A stretch of DNA of 63,001 bases from an uncultured Gammaproteobacteria bacterium (lineage in GTDB: Bacteria; Cyanobacteriota; Vampirovibrionia; Gastranaerophilales; UBA9971). The translations under genes were made by a program, and so were the position numbers. The number at the start of each line of letters is the position of its first letter. The first letter of the stretch is position 1. Below the pieces are notes generated by a model. It searched no databases, had not been told where the DNA came from, and saw only the letters and a program-made list of their open reading frames with translations. Below are positions 1 to 11,847 of this stretch, in pieces. Location of the stretch: contig CAZLCO010000004.1 of assembly GCA_964558005.1 (NCBI GenBank), positions 1-63,001 of the forward strand. Direction: 5' to 3'.

Positions 1-39
1 ATAGCAATGATAAGGGTTACGCTTAAAAAATGTTTTTAA

Positions 40-627
40 CCAGATAGCTTCTTATATTTTAGCTCCAGTGAACATAGAACTTTTTTAAAATTTGATATTT
101 CTTCAATCCTAAAAAATGAAGAAATAATATCTGCAACCTTAACAACCCATGGACAAGACAACTTTACTGGCAATCCTGTTAATCTTATCAATTTTGGAAT
201 TGGATTATACAAAACAGATTTATATGTCTATGACACCATAACAGATAGCAAAATTTTATGGAGTGAAACAAATAAATTTAGGTGGAATGGCGGAGCTCCT
301 GCAGAATTATTAGGCAACCCCGAAAATCTCCTTGGTTATGCACAAAAACTTGATAGCGATTCAATTTTTTGGAATATTAATAATTTTGATTACTTGAGTT
401 CCAATGAATATTTATCTTTAATGATTAAAACAGGGCCAACTCAATATGACACAGATAGCCAGATTACTTCAAAAGATTACTGGTCAGACCCTAACTTATG
501 GCCACAATTAAATATAGAAAATGTTTCAGCCACTCCAGTCCCTGAGCCATCTTCTATGGTACTTGGCCTGATAGGGATGGCAGGAGCGTGGGGTGCAAGA
601 AGATTGAAAAACAATAAAAATAGTTAA
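40..627 (+). pseudogene. PEP-CTERM sorting-domain surface protein, 5'-disrupted
   Basis: C-terminus VPEPSSMVLGLIGMAGAWGARRLK is a PEP-CTERM motif. Frame +1 is open from 40 to 627 (RTFLKFDISSI..IISATLT, DNRLRE-like), but there is a TAA at 37-39 and no in-frame ATG until 421. Confidence 0.65.
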
Positions 628-734
628 TAAAATCTGATTATAAAAACTATACAAGGTTTTATTGCCTCTAAAAACGAGCTATACTGTCTGTTATAGCTTA
701 AAAACAATGAAATAAATCAACGGAGGCGGAGACC

Positions 735-1295
735 ATGGCGGGGAGAAAAACGAAATTAACAGAAGATTTTATTAAAAAAATGAGGGAGCTCTTAAAAAAA
801 GGAGCTACCCGTATATTATGCTGTAATGCTTTAAGAGTATCTGAACCGACATTTTACAGCTGGGTTAATGATGCAGAACTTATCCAAAGCCATATCGAGG
901 CGGGGAACGAGCTGGCGGAGATAATGGATGTAGATACAGATAATGGAAAAATAACTATAACAAACTGTATATTGAAGCTAGAATTTTTAACTGCCCTGAA
1001 CGAATCTGAAGCCGACTTTTTTCAGGTACATATTGATAACATAGCCAGAGCAGGTAAAACTAACTGGCAGGCATCAGCATGGTTATTGGAGCGCAGGCGG
1101 GCGAAAGAATTTGGAAGGAAAAGCCAGATAGATGTAGCAAATGCAGATGAAAAGCCTTTTAAGGTTGATAATAACAGAAATAATAACCTGATTGAAAATA
1201 TCATGAGGACAGCTAAAGAGCTTGAGGAAAGAGATATAAGGGAACATGGTTATCCCTATTATAAGGAAAATGAAGATAAATATCAGCATAATTAA
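735..1295 (+). CDS. Phage terminase small subunit-like HTH protein
   Basis: N-terminal GRKTKLT..HTH (VSEPTFYSW) and WQASAWLLERR motif typical of phage TerS-like proteins; GGAG RBS. Confidence 0.6.
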   Translation: MAGRKTKLTEDFIKKMRELLKKGATRILCCNALRVSEPTFYSWVNDAELIQSHIEAGNELAEIMDVDTDNGKITITNCILKLEFLTALNESEADFFQVHIDNIARAGKTNWQASAWLLERRRAKEFGRKSQIDVANADEKPFKVDNNRNNNLIENIMRTAKELEERDIREHGYPYYKENEDKYQHN

Positions 1296-1322
1296 AAATC
1301 TAATTAAATTATAATTAATATT

Positions 1323-2924
1323 ATGAGTAATATTATGAGTAAAAAAACTGGAAGAAATGAGCCTTGCCCTTGTGGTAGCGGAATAAAATATAAAAAATGC
1401 TGCCTTAATAAACAGACGATTTCAAATAAGACTGAAACAGCAGATGTTAAGTTGCTGTTTGATAGGTTAAAAGCAAGAGAACAGCAAGTTATTCAACAAC
1501 AGGGGTATGGAAAGAAAATTATATCTGAAGTAAGGAATGGCAAAAGATTTATTGTTGTTGGAGGACGAGAATACTCTAACAGACAAGAATTATGGCAAAC
1601 CCCTCCTGACTTTTTTATATACTTTTTAAAAGATACTCTCGGATGGGAATGGGGAAGAGAAGAGCAAAAAAAAGATTTTAAGGATCAACATCCAATAATC
1701 CAATGGTTAAAAATATCAGGCGATTATTTAGAATATTATAAAAAAAATAAAGTCAAAAATGAAATTTACTCTGCTCCTGAAATAGGAGCAATATCAGCCA
1801 CCCATCATTTAGCATATAACTTATATCTATTAGCGCATAATGCCGAAGTCCAGGAAAGATTGATTAAAAGATTAAAGGATAAAACCCAGTTTGGAGGGGC
1901 ATTATATGAAACTCAAGTTGCTGCAACCCTTATATTAGCTGGATTTAAATTAAAAATGGAGGACGAAACAGATATTTCCTCTACTCATTGTGAATTTATT
2001 GCAATAGCGAAGCATACTCAAAACAAATATTCAGTTGAAGCAAAAGCAAGGCAGCCTTTTAAGAATAATGTTGGTGTTAATAGACAATTATATAAGGCAT
2101 TAGAAAAAGAGACTGAGTATCCTAGAATTGTATTCATAGAACTAAATATACCTGATTTAATATCAAAATATCCTGATATATTAGAAGAATTAGAGAGACT
2201 GGAAAATATTTTAACTATAAAGGGACAACCAGCACCACCAGCATATCTTTTTATTACAAACCATTCCTATGTTTATAAACTAGAAAATACAGATTTTCAA
2301 AGAGCTGGGCTTACACATGGCTTTAAAATCAAGGATTTTGGCAACATTAATCAACAAGCTACGCTTACTGAGGCAATAGATTTTAGAGAAAAGCATAAAG
2401 ATATTGAACATCTGCATGAATGCTTAAAACAGTATAATGGAGTTATACCATCCACATTTGATGGAGAAATTTCACTTTTCGCATTTGATGAAGAAGCAAG
2501 AAAAAACAGGCTTTTAATAGGGCAAAAATATATAGTGCCTGATGCAGAAGGTAATGACGCTATAGGTAAATTAATGGACGTTGCTGTACTAGAAAATGAA
2601 AAAAACGCATATGGAATTTACAAACTTGAAAACGGAAAACAAATAATTTGTACTGCACCGCTTTCAGATCAAGAACTTGAAGCCTATAGACAAAATAAAG
2701 ATACATTTTTTGGAGTTCCCCTGAAAAAAGGAGGAAAATCCGAAACCCCTCTGAAACTGTATGATTTCTTCTATAATACCTATAAAAACAGTTCTAAGGA
2801 GAAGCTTTTAGAGTTTATGGGAAAGAACCCGGAAGAAGAAAATTATAAAAAAATGTCAAAAGATGAAATTGCAAGAATCTATTGTGAAGGCTTAGTAAAT
2901 GGAATTATGCAAAGACATAACTGA
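1323..2924 (+). CDS. SEC-C motif protein with putative PD-(D/E)XK nuclease domain
   Basis: GRNEPCPCGSGIKYKKCC; GALYETQVA...HCEFIA...SVEAK. Confidence 0.65.
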   Translation: MSNIMSKKTGRNEPCPCGSGIKYKKCCLNKQTISNKTETADVKLLFDRLKAREQQVIQQQGYGKKIISEVRNGKRFIVVGGREYSNRQELWQTPPDFFIYFLKDTLGWEWGREEQKKDFKDQHPIIQWLKISGDYLEYYKKNKVKNEIYSAPEIGAISATHHLAYNLYLLAHNAEVQERLIKRLKDKTQFGGALYETQVAATLILAGFKLKMEDETDISSTHCEFIAIAKHTQNKYSVEAKARQPFKNNVGVNRQLYKALEKETEYPRIVFIELNIPDLISKYPDILEELERLENILTIKGQPAPPAYLFITNHSYVYKLENTDFQRAGLTHGFKIKDFGNINQQATLTEAIDFREKHKDIEHLHECLKQYNGVIPSTFDGEISLFAFDEEARKNRLLIGQKYIVPDAEGNDAIGKLMDVAVLENEKNAYGIYKLENGKQIICTAPLSDQELEAYRQNKDTFFGVPLKKGGKSETPLKLYDFFYNTYKNSSKEKLLEFMGKNPEEENYKKMSKDEIARIYCEGLVNGIMQRHN

Positions 2925-3175
2925 TTAATAATGTAATAACCTCAGTATTTTAAGTCTATAAAAAGGGCATATCTTCTAAAGTTTTTATAGCCAGCCATAG
3001 TTTTACTCCAGCGGGGACAGGAAAGTTGACCTACGTGGCGGAGAATAAGCAGAAAATAGTTGATAAAAAGTATTGTTAGACTAAGATTGTTAATTGCTGA
3101 TAAAAGCAGGTATATTTTTCATTACTTTTTTTTGGATTATGATTTTAATCATAGTAATAAGCGGTAAGAGTTGTT

Positions 3176-4120
3176 ATGAAGTATTTAAAACCTTATACAT
3201 TAGAGCTGTTAATTTATTTGCTTTTTTATAAAAATAAAATAACTGAACCTAACAAGTATGGTGAAAAAAATGAATTTTTTGAATATTTAAAAAATCATAA
3301 ACTTGGAGAATTTCTTAAATTTTCCAAAAATAAAGCAAATGAAAGAGAAATTTCTATAAAACACAAAAATAAATTAAAAGATTATTTAAAAAAATATTTA
3401 ATTGATTATAAAAATGGTGACTTGTCTTTAGATGAATCAGACATATTTAATAAGAGGTATTTCCCGCAAGGGATTTATACTTATACAGAAAACCTTATAA
3501 ATATGACTGAAATTTTAAATGATTATTACAAAGCTAGTAAAAAACCAACTTACACAATCAATACAAAAAACGAAAAAGAAGAATTCAAACCTTTCACGCT
3601 AAACACCAGATGTATAGAGCAACAAAACTTAAATATTGATTACAGTTCTTTAAGAAAATATGAATTTATTCTAGACCTTTATTTAAATACCAGAGGCTTT
3701 ATTGAAATACTTAGCTGGCAAAATTCTTCAAGTATTTTAGCTTATTTTCCAAATGATATTAGACTGGAAATGAAAATAAAAGTCCTTAAACACCCCGATG
3801 AAATTCATAAAACTCTTTTGACACAACCTAGACTAAAAAAATATCAATTAAAATCTTTAACAGAACCGGAATTTTTTAAAAAAAAGAAAAATATTTATAT
3901 ATATTTAGATAATAAACCAGTATGTTTAACTAATAAACAATATGAAATGGTTTATAAAATAGTTGAGGGAACTGACAAATATACAACAAAAACTAAAAAA
4001 ACAATGGTTAGTAATATAAATAAAAAAGTTAGGAAAGAAATAAATGTTCCTTTGTTGGTTTCAAGTGATGACAGCTCCTATCGCATAAATAAAAACGATA
4101 TAAGCTGGAAAGAATTATAA
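3176..4120 (+). CDS. Hypothetical protein, possible C-terminal winged-HTH
   Basis: 314-aa ORF; C-terminal LTNKQYEMVYKIV...KTMVSNINKKVRKEI...SYRIN resembles an OmpR-type wHTH. Confidence 0.45.
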   Translation: MKYLKPYTLELLIYLLFYKNKITEPNKYGEKNEFFEYLKNHKLGEFLKFSKNKANEREISIKHKNKLKDYLKKYLIDYKNGDLSLDESDIFNKRYFPQGIYTYTENLINMTEILNDYYKASKKPTYTINTKNEKEEFKPFTLNTRCIEQQNLNIDYSSLRKYEFILDLYLNTRGFIEILSWQNSSSILAYFPNDIRLEMKIKVLKHPDEIHKTLLTQPRLKKYQLKSLTEPEFFKKKKNIYIYLDNKPVCLTNKQYEMVYKIVEGTDKYTTKTKKTMVSNINKKVRKEINVPLLVSSDDSSYRINKNDISWKEL

Positions 4121-4328
4121 ACTATTTATCTTTTAAAATAATAGGTTTCAAAGTGGTTTCAAAAATTTTTATTAATGTCTTGCTAGGCAAGACTTTTTAA
4201 AGTTCAAAATTTAAATTTTAAAAATCTTGTTTTAATAGAATAAGAATCACATTAAAGAAGATTTAAAGGCAAAAACTCCCTTTACTAGGGATATTTGGCT
4301 TGCAAAAAAAGGAAATTAAATACTGGCA

Positions 4329-4484
4329 ATGAAGCAGAAAAAGTTAAAACTCAATATTCATCCACCACAAACCCCTTCTACCAAGGAAGAGGATAAGAAA
4401 AGGTTAGTTGAATACGTTGGACTGCTTCTGAGTTGGCACTTAGAGGAACAAAAATCAGATAAAGAAAACAATCTGAGCCCGTAA
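4329..4484 (+). CDS. Small hypothetical protein (51 aa, not in ORF track)
   Basis: ATG 4329 to TAA 4484: MKQKKLKLNIHPPQTPSTKEEDKKRLVEYVGLLLSWHLEEQKSDKENNLSP; lies in the small-gene zone upstream of the primase. Confidence 0.45.
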   Translation: MKQKKLKLNIHPPQTPSTKEEDKKRLVEYVGLLLSWHLEEQKSDKENNLSP

Positions 4485-4659
4485 CAAGGCTCTAAAATCG
4501 CACCTTGAAAATTGAATAATAGTGGTTTGCGCTGCACCATAAGCGACGTAAAGCTCCGTATGCAGTTAGTCACATACGAAAGCTGGCAGGAGAAAACCTG
4601 CATGACTGGGCAAAGTGAACTTTAAAAATCAAGAAATAATTAACAAAAGGAGAAAAGTT

Positions 4660-4830
4660 ATGACAGACAAAAACAAATACAATAACGAGAACAAAAGAAA
4701 ACGAATTATTTTAAATTTACCCCTCAGACGTTATACCAAATCTGACACTGAGCGGGTGTGCCGTGAGTACAACAAGTATATGGAAAGAAAAAAACTATTA
4801 GAGGAGAATCAATCATGGAAGAAAGACTAA
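4660..4830 (+). CDS. Small hypothetical protein overlapping the primase start
   Basis: AGGAG RBS upstream of ATG 4660, in frame with track ORF 4615..4830. Confidence 0.5.
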   Translation: MTDKNKYNNENKRKRIILNLPLRRYTKSDTERVCREYNKYMERKKLLEENQSWKKD

Positions 4831-7766
4831 ACATAGAAAATAAAAAAAGCCTGTTTCAACCAGAAACAGACCAAAATTCAAATTGTAAAAATACTATAAC
4901 ACAGCCAGAGGAGACAGTGAATTATCTAAGTCCTTTAGAGGCAGCATTAGCTTATGCCAAAAAAGGTTTTAAAGTTTTCCCAGTTGTGAAAAACGATAAA
5001 AATCCGGCATGCGCAAAAGGTTATAAGGATGCTACTGATAATTCTGAAATTATAAAAAAATGGTGGGGAGATAATCCCCACTATAACATAGGCTTGCCCA
5101 TGGCATTAAACGGGCTTGTCTGTATTGACATTGATAACAAGCCGGGCAAAGAAAGTGGCTTTGTAAACCTTGATAATTACATCATTGCCCAGGATTTGCC
5201 TGATTTGCCTATAACCGTTGAAGCAGATACTGCAAATAATGGCAGACATAAAATATATAAAATTTCTGAAAACATTAAACCTGCTGGTAAATTATGCTCT
5301 GAGGTGGATATAAAATATAACGGGTACCTAGTTGTATCCCCCAGCAAAATAGATGAGAATCGCTATGAATGGCTAACTGAACAGGGCTTGTTAGAAATGG
5401 AGCCTGTAGAGTTGTCAGAAAAATGGGTGGAGCACTTAACTAAGCCTGTAAAGGTAGCAAAAACATTACAAAACAAACCTATAGAATTTGAACGTGACGA
5501 AAAAGGTAATTACCCGCCATCTTCGCCCGAAAAAATGGCGGAGAGGTGTAACGCTGTAAAAAATTTTATAGAACATAGCCCGACTTTATCTGAGCCTGGC
5601 TGGAATGCCTTGCTTAGCTTAACTGTTTTTTGCGAAAATGGCAGGGAATATGCGCACAAATGGAGTGAAAACTACAATGGTTACACTCCTGAAGAAACTG
5701 ACCGAAAAATTGATGAAAAATTAAATTTTGGCAAACCAATGACTTGTCGTGGATTACAGACTACTTACGGTGATGAATATTGTGTTAATTGTGAATACAG
5801 TGGGAAAATAAACACACCTGTTGTCTTAGGACGTGAAAAAGTTAAAAGTTTATTACTTCCTACAATACTGGAAAAATATGTTAAAAATAATGAGGACTTT
5901 GGTGAAGAAAACATCCAAACTATTTCTAGCATTGATTTAAAGGAAATTGGTTACGTAAAACCAAAGATACACATACTTAAAAACAATTATTATGAAGTTA
6001 AGCTAAAAAAGAAAAACAAAGAGGATGAATCCGCTCAAATATTTATAACCAGAAAAAGCAATTTTATAATACAAATACCTCGTGAAGTAATACACTATTG
6101 TCTGAAATTTGGTTATGAGACAGAGCATCAGTCCGAAATAATAACTATTTTAGAAGGCAGGCCGACTAAAAAGATGGTATTAACCGTTAATGAATTGTAT
6201 GACTTTAAAAATTTATCAAAAATCCTGAAGGTAAATGGAATCCACCAGTACCATCTTAGTGAACTTGAGTATAAAAATATTATCCGGAAGGAACTCGCCA
6301 AAAAGCCCATTCAGTTATATTCGTTTGAAAACCCCGGATTTAATGCGTTAAAAAATATTAGGATTTGGCTTACGGAGAATATGTGTTTTGACCTTAATGA
6401 AAAGAAAACATATCTGGCCGGAGAAGAAAAAGTTATAAAAATTAACAACATGGAAGTATGCTTAAAAGCCAGAAAAGGTTTTATGACGCCAGAGATTGCG
6501 GTTTTACAGGAAGATGAAAATATAGAAAAACTGACCGAAAAATACTCATACCTTCAAGAGGTAAAAAGTGAATATTTGCCTTTTATAAACTTAATCCTGA
6601 CAACCGCTCAGCTTGTTACACTTTCCTTATTTCACAATGTTTTTTGCAGTTATAAGGGAACCATTGAGCCTTTTTTAATACTTGGGCTGGCTATTCTCTC
6701 CCCTTTTGTATCTGAAATATTTGAAAAATTGCAAGGTTATCCTATAGGATTTGCCGGAGGGGAAAGCCAGAGCGGGAAAAGTAATTTATTAATATCAATT
6801 GCTGCAATATACGGATTTAATCAGAATTTTCTTAAAAGCGGCAATGACACACAACGCAATACGCTGCATAATATGGAGTATTACAGCAAAATACCTATAC
6901 TGATACAGGAAACAGGTAAACACCTAAGAGACAAACTTGAAGATTGGCTTATTAAGCCTGTTTACGACCGGACAGGCCGTGGTTTAATGACCTCTGGGGA
7001 AGAACAAAATGTAAAAGCAATTAATGCTACATTAATTGTGGCAAGCAACAACACTATCCACAGAAATCTTCAAACCAGCTCAAGGTTACTATTTACAGAT
7101 TGGAAGAAGGAAAATTTCAGCAAGGATAAGGCAAAGTTGTTTAATACAGTCAGAGAAGAGCTATTATCTTCTATTTTACCGGATATTTTAAGTCTTGATA
7201 AAGATTTTATTTTACAAAAAATCGAAGAAAATGCCGGAGTTATCGAAGAAAGCAAATATGAAATAGACTCAAGGAGTATTAACAATATAGCCCTTGCAAA
7301 AACTGGTCTGGATATACTTATTAAAATGGCTGGTTTTAAAACGGATGCACCATTCTTAAAAGAGCTGGATGATAAATACACCGAATTTTTGAAAAATTAT
7401 ACTGAATCCATTAGCTTAAAGGACAGCCTTGAAATGTTCCTTGAGGTGTTTGAAGTTCTGGTCAGAGAAAAGAAAGTCACTAAAAATATAGACTGGAAAC
7501 TGGCAAAACAGGACTCTTATCTCGCAATATACCTTAAATCAGTTTATCCAATATTTGTAGAAAAATTCAAAAAGGTTAATGAAAGTGGGACAGGCATCCC
7601 TACGCAGACGGATATAAGAAATAGTGCTAAAAACAAAGGCATTGAAACAAACTATGTTGTGTCCTTTGGCTCTGTGTCGAAAAAAGCACTTTTCATACCC
7701 ATGGATAAACATAAACATCTGCTGGCTATCCTGAAAGACCCACCAGGCGAAGAAAATACCTTTTAG
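4815..7766 (+). CDS. Bifunctional primase/polymerase (Prim-Pol) fused to PriCT-like and P-loop helicase domains
   Basis: AALAYAKKGFKVFPV..KNP..GYKDAT..W..NIGL..LVCIDID Prim-Pol motifs; Cys cluster; Walker A GESQSGKS. Confidence 0.85.
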   Translation: MEERLNIENKKSLFQPETDQNSNCKNTITQPEETVNYLSPLEAALAYAKKGFKVFPVVKNDKNPACAKGYKDATDNSEIIKKWWGDNPHYNIGLPMALNGLVCIDIDNKPGKESGFVNLDNYIIAQDLPDLPITVEADTANNGRHKIYKISENIKPAGKLCSEVDIKYNGYLVVSPSKIDENRYEWLTEQGLLEMEPVELSEKWVEHLTKPVKVAKTLQNKPIEFERDEKGNYPPSSPEKMAERCNAVKNFIEHSPTLSEPGWNALLSLTVFCENGREYAHKWSENYNGYTPEETDRKIDEKLNFGKPMTCRGLQTTYGDEYCVNCEYSGKINTPVVLGREKVKSLLLPTILEKYVKNNEDFGEENIQTISSIDLKEIGYVKPKIHILKNNYYEVKLKKKNKEDESAQIFITRKSNFIIQIPREVIHYCLKFGYETEHQSEIITILEGRPTKKMVLTVNELYDFKNLSKILKVNGIHQYHLSELEYKNIIRKELAKKPIQLYSFENPGFNALKNIRIWLTENMCFDLNEKKTYLAGEEKVIKINNMEVCLKARKGFMTPEIAVLQEDENIEKLTEKYSYLQEVKSEYLPFINLILTTAQLVTLSLFHNVFCSYKGTIEPFLILGLAILSPFVSEIFEKLQGYPIGFAGGESQSGKSNLLISIAAIYGFNQNFLKSGNDTQRNTLHNMEYYSKIPILIQETGKHLRDKLEDWLIKPVYDRTGRGLMTSGEEQNVKAINATLIVASNNTIHRNLQTSSRLLFTDWKKENFSKDKAKLFNTVREELLSSILPDILSLDKDFILQKIEENAGVIEESKYEIDSRSINNIALAKTGLDILIKMAGFKTDAPFLKELDDKYTEFLKNYTESISLKDSLEMFLEVFEVLVREKKVTKNIDWKLAKQDSYLAIYLKSVYPIFVEKFKKVNESGTGIPTQTDIRNSAKNKGIETNYVVSFGSVSKKALFIPMDKHKHLLAILKDPPGEENTF

Positions 7767-7768
7767 CG

Positions 7769-8016
7769 GGTAATATGGGTAACAAAAAAGGTAATGCCTA
7801 AATTTAAATAATAACAAGGTAATTGGCTATAAATTTATGGTCAATTACCTTTATTACCTCAAATTTTTACATTAATTCAAAAAATAAATTTTTAAAAATA
7901 ACATGTACAAAAAAGGTAATTATGGTAATTAGCAGTTTTTAATGTAGGTTTAAGGGTTGTTATGCAAGCAATTAAGCCTATTACCAAAAAGGTTACTTGA
8001 TAAATACTTTATTACC
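7769..8016. repeat. Iteron-like GGTAA(T)/ATTACC cluster, putative replication origin of the element
   Basis: GGTAA at 7769, 7778, 7790, 7818, 7915, 7924; ATTACC at 7844, 7853, 7980, 8011; AT-rich core 7859-7914. Confidence 0.65.
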
Positions 8017-8074
8017 ACAGCACGCAGTAATTTAAAATAAGTTATGTATAATCAGATTAAACCTAAAACGAACA

Positions 8075-9673
<1,599 letters not shown>

Positions 9674-10161
9674 TTATTCAATATAGTTTATTTGATTTTT
9701 TAATTATAACAACAAGAAATTTTAGTGTAAAGTGAAATTTCAGCCATAAAAAACTGAAAATAATTATATAATGAGTATAATATATGATAAACTTAACAAA
9801 ACTTCGATATTAAATTATGGTGTATAATTAATTAGTACTTATCTTTATTAAAACAGTTATTAAATTGTATTAAGTTTTGTAACCAAAAGAAGAAAAGTCT
9901 CGAAAAATATGCTATTATATTTACTAGAATAAGTGTTAAATATACTCTTAATTAATATTTGTTAACACAATAATCATATATATAATAAACCAACATGTTT
10001 TTCAAAGCTTTTTATAAAACTTTACAAATCGGACATAATTTAGCAATTTTATAAACCAAAATGTTTTATATAATATGGAAGCTAATTTTTTGTGCCAAAA
10101 AAGCTGAACAAAAAACGGTGGACAGTTAAGGTAGAAGTAATGCCGGAGGAAGTAAGCGAAA

Positions 10162-11016
10162 ATGCCAGTTAAATCTATCAACAAAAAAAAGAAAAGTGAC
10201 AAAACTTTTGATGAATTAATTAACGAGTTAAAAAATAGTAATTCAGAAAAAGTAAGGTACAACGCAGCCAGATTACTTGGCGAGATGGGCAACCCATCAG
10301 CTGTTGAACCATTAATCGACGTATTAAAAAATGACAAAAACGGTTCAGTAAGACTTTATGCCGCAAGGGCCCTTGGTGAATTGGGCGACATTGAGGCAGT
10401 AATGCCACTGATTACCTCCTTAAGAGAAGACAGAAACGTTGATGTTAGAGTACGTGCAGCACGTGCGCTCGGAAGATTAGGCGGCGAAGAGGTTGTAGAA
10501 CCTTTAGTTGAAGCCCTTAATGACGAAAACAGCCAGGTCTGTATAACAGCAACAGATGCTCTTATCGAAATCGGCGACATCGCAGTTGACGAATTAATTT
10601 CCTCATTAACCCACGAAAAAGTTAATGTGCGCTGTGATGCCACCAGAGCTCTCGGAGAACTCGGAAGCAAGAAAGCTGTAGATCACATAATTAAAATGCT
10701 TAAAGACGAATGGGTAAACGTAAGAATTTACGCAGTTACATCACTTGGAAAACTCGATGACCAAAAAGCAGTACCGGCTCTCATCGATGTACTTCAAAAT
10801 ACATCTGAAAACGAACTCGTCAGAGCAGGCGCAGCAGCAGCTTTAGGCGTATTGCGTGATCAGAGAGCATTATTACCGCTTAGAGAACTTATCATGAAAG
10901 CAGATGAATTAGGTGAATTAGAAGACACAGCACTTAAGGCTTTCAAAAAAATTATGGCAGCTAACTGGCAAAATATGCCGGGAGCCACAAACAAGAAAAA
11001 TATCGTCAACAAGTAG
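10162..11016 (+). CDS. HEAT repeat (PBS lyase-like) protein
   Basis: Repeated VRxxAAxALGxLGxxxAVxPLI units. Confidence 0.9.
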   Translation: MPVKSINKKKKSDKTFDELINELKNSNSEKVRYNAARLLGEMGNPSAVEPLIDVLKNDKNGSVRLYAARALGELGDIEAVMPLITSLREDRNVDVRVRAARALGRLGGEEVVEPLVEALNDENSQVCITATDALIEIGDIAVDELISSLTHEKVNVRCDATRALGELGSKKAVDHIIKMLKDEWVNVRIYAVTSLGKLDDQKAVPALIDVLQNTSENELVRAGAAAALGVLRDQRALLPLRELIMKADELGELEDTALKAFKKIMAANWQNMPGATNKKNIVNK

Positions 11017-11030
11017 AAATACTTAAAAGA

Positions 11031-11064
11031 TTAAAAAACTGCCCTTTTCAGGGCAGTTTTTTAA
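11031..11064. terminator. Bidirectional intrinsic terminator
   Basis: Perfect 14-bp inverted repeat TTAAAAAACTGCCC/GGGCAGTTTTTTAA. Confidence 0.85.
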
Positions 11065-11188
11065 TTGGAAAAATTAACGAATGTAAAAAAAATTCGTAAT
11101 ATTGAATACAGCACTTATAAGTTGTTTTTATAAAGTTGGAGGAGTATGCAATATTTAATATTTTGATTTCTTGAGGAGGAGAACAATT

Positions 11189-11383
11189 ATGGGTTTATTA
11201 GGACATTTTTTTATAGGTCAGAATTACGGTTCTATGGGGACTGGAATGCAGCCATACGGCTTTGGTGGTATGAATTTTGGTATTGACCCCTTTAGTATGA
11301 TGTATCTGGCCAGGCCGGCCGGTGAAGAATATGACCCTACAGTATTTGATTCTATAGAAAAACCTAAAGAAGAGGCTAAATAG
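11189..11383 (+). CDS. Small Gly/Met-rich hypothetical protein
   Basis: GAGGAG RBS, ATG 11189 in frame with track ORF 11171..11383. Confidence 0.55.
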   Translation: MGLLGHFFIGQNYGSMGTGMQPYGFGGMNFGIDPFSMMYLARPAGEEYDPTVFDSIEKPKEEAK

Positions 11384-11675
11384 CATAAACTTTTGTAAAT
11401 TTTTAAACTTTTATAATTGATTAAAAATTTGTTTTTCAAAAATTCTTTTCATTTTATTTAATTTTTAAATTTAAATTACAAAAAATTATAATTTTTCCTT
11501 CCATATTTTTTAAGTAGGTTTAAAAATATGGAAGGTTTTTACTTGAAAATCATTAACTTTACTTAACTTAAAAATTGTTGTCTTTACACTTAACTAGATT
11601 CAAATCATAGTTTATAGTGAAAATATAAAATTTAAAAAATAAACCAAAAACCTTGAAAGAAAGGCCTATTAGCTT

Positions 11676-11777
11676 ATGGCTCAATTTAAAATGCAATCAT
11701 ATTCAATAAATAAACAGAACAAACAAACCACAAACCAGAAGAAAAAGCGCATTCGGGTTTGCAGAACGCTTATGTGA
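11676..11777 (+). promoter_or_regulatory. Putative Gln/Asn-rich leader peptide (33 aa)
   Basis: MAQFKMQSYSINKQNKQTTNQKKKRIRVCRTLM*, preceded by GAAAGG; stop lies 20 nt before a terminator. Confidence 0.5.
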
Positions 11778-11797
11778 TTATTTAATTAAAAATTTCA

Positions 11798-11847
11798 AAA
11801 AGCCTGTGAGCCAAATCAAAAAAGTTCACAGGCTTTTTGGTTTTTTT
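11798..11847 (+). terminator. Intrinsic terminator/attenuator in the leader of the porin-amtB-glnB operon
   Basis: 13-bp perfect stem AAAAAGCCTGTGA/TCACAGGCTTTTT followed by GG and a T run, about 50 nt upstream of the porin start. Confidence 0.75.

Noticed and set aside
2942-2998. 18-codon minus-strand ORF with GGAG RBS (MAGYKNFRRYALFIDLKY)
   Set aside because: Too short to support; not hydrophobic like a type I toxin; no partner RNA evident.
4520-4600. c-di-GMP-I riboswitch or group II intron domain V (GACGTAAAGC, CCGTATGC)
   Set aside because: Lacks the GGCAAA/GNRA P2 elements and the full domain V pairing; kept only as a generic structured region.
11700-11790. glnA (glutamine) riboswitch upstream of the nitrogen operon
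   Set aside because: No CGUU/AACG P1 with E-loop three-way junction recognised; the leader-peptide model fits better.
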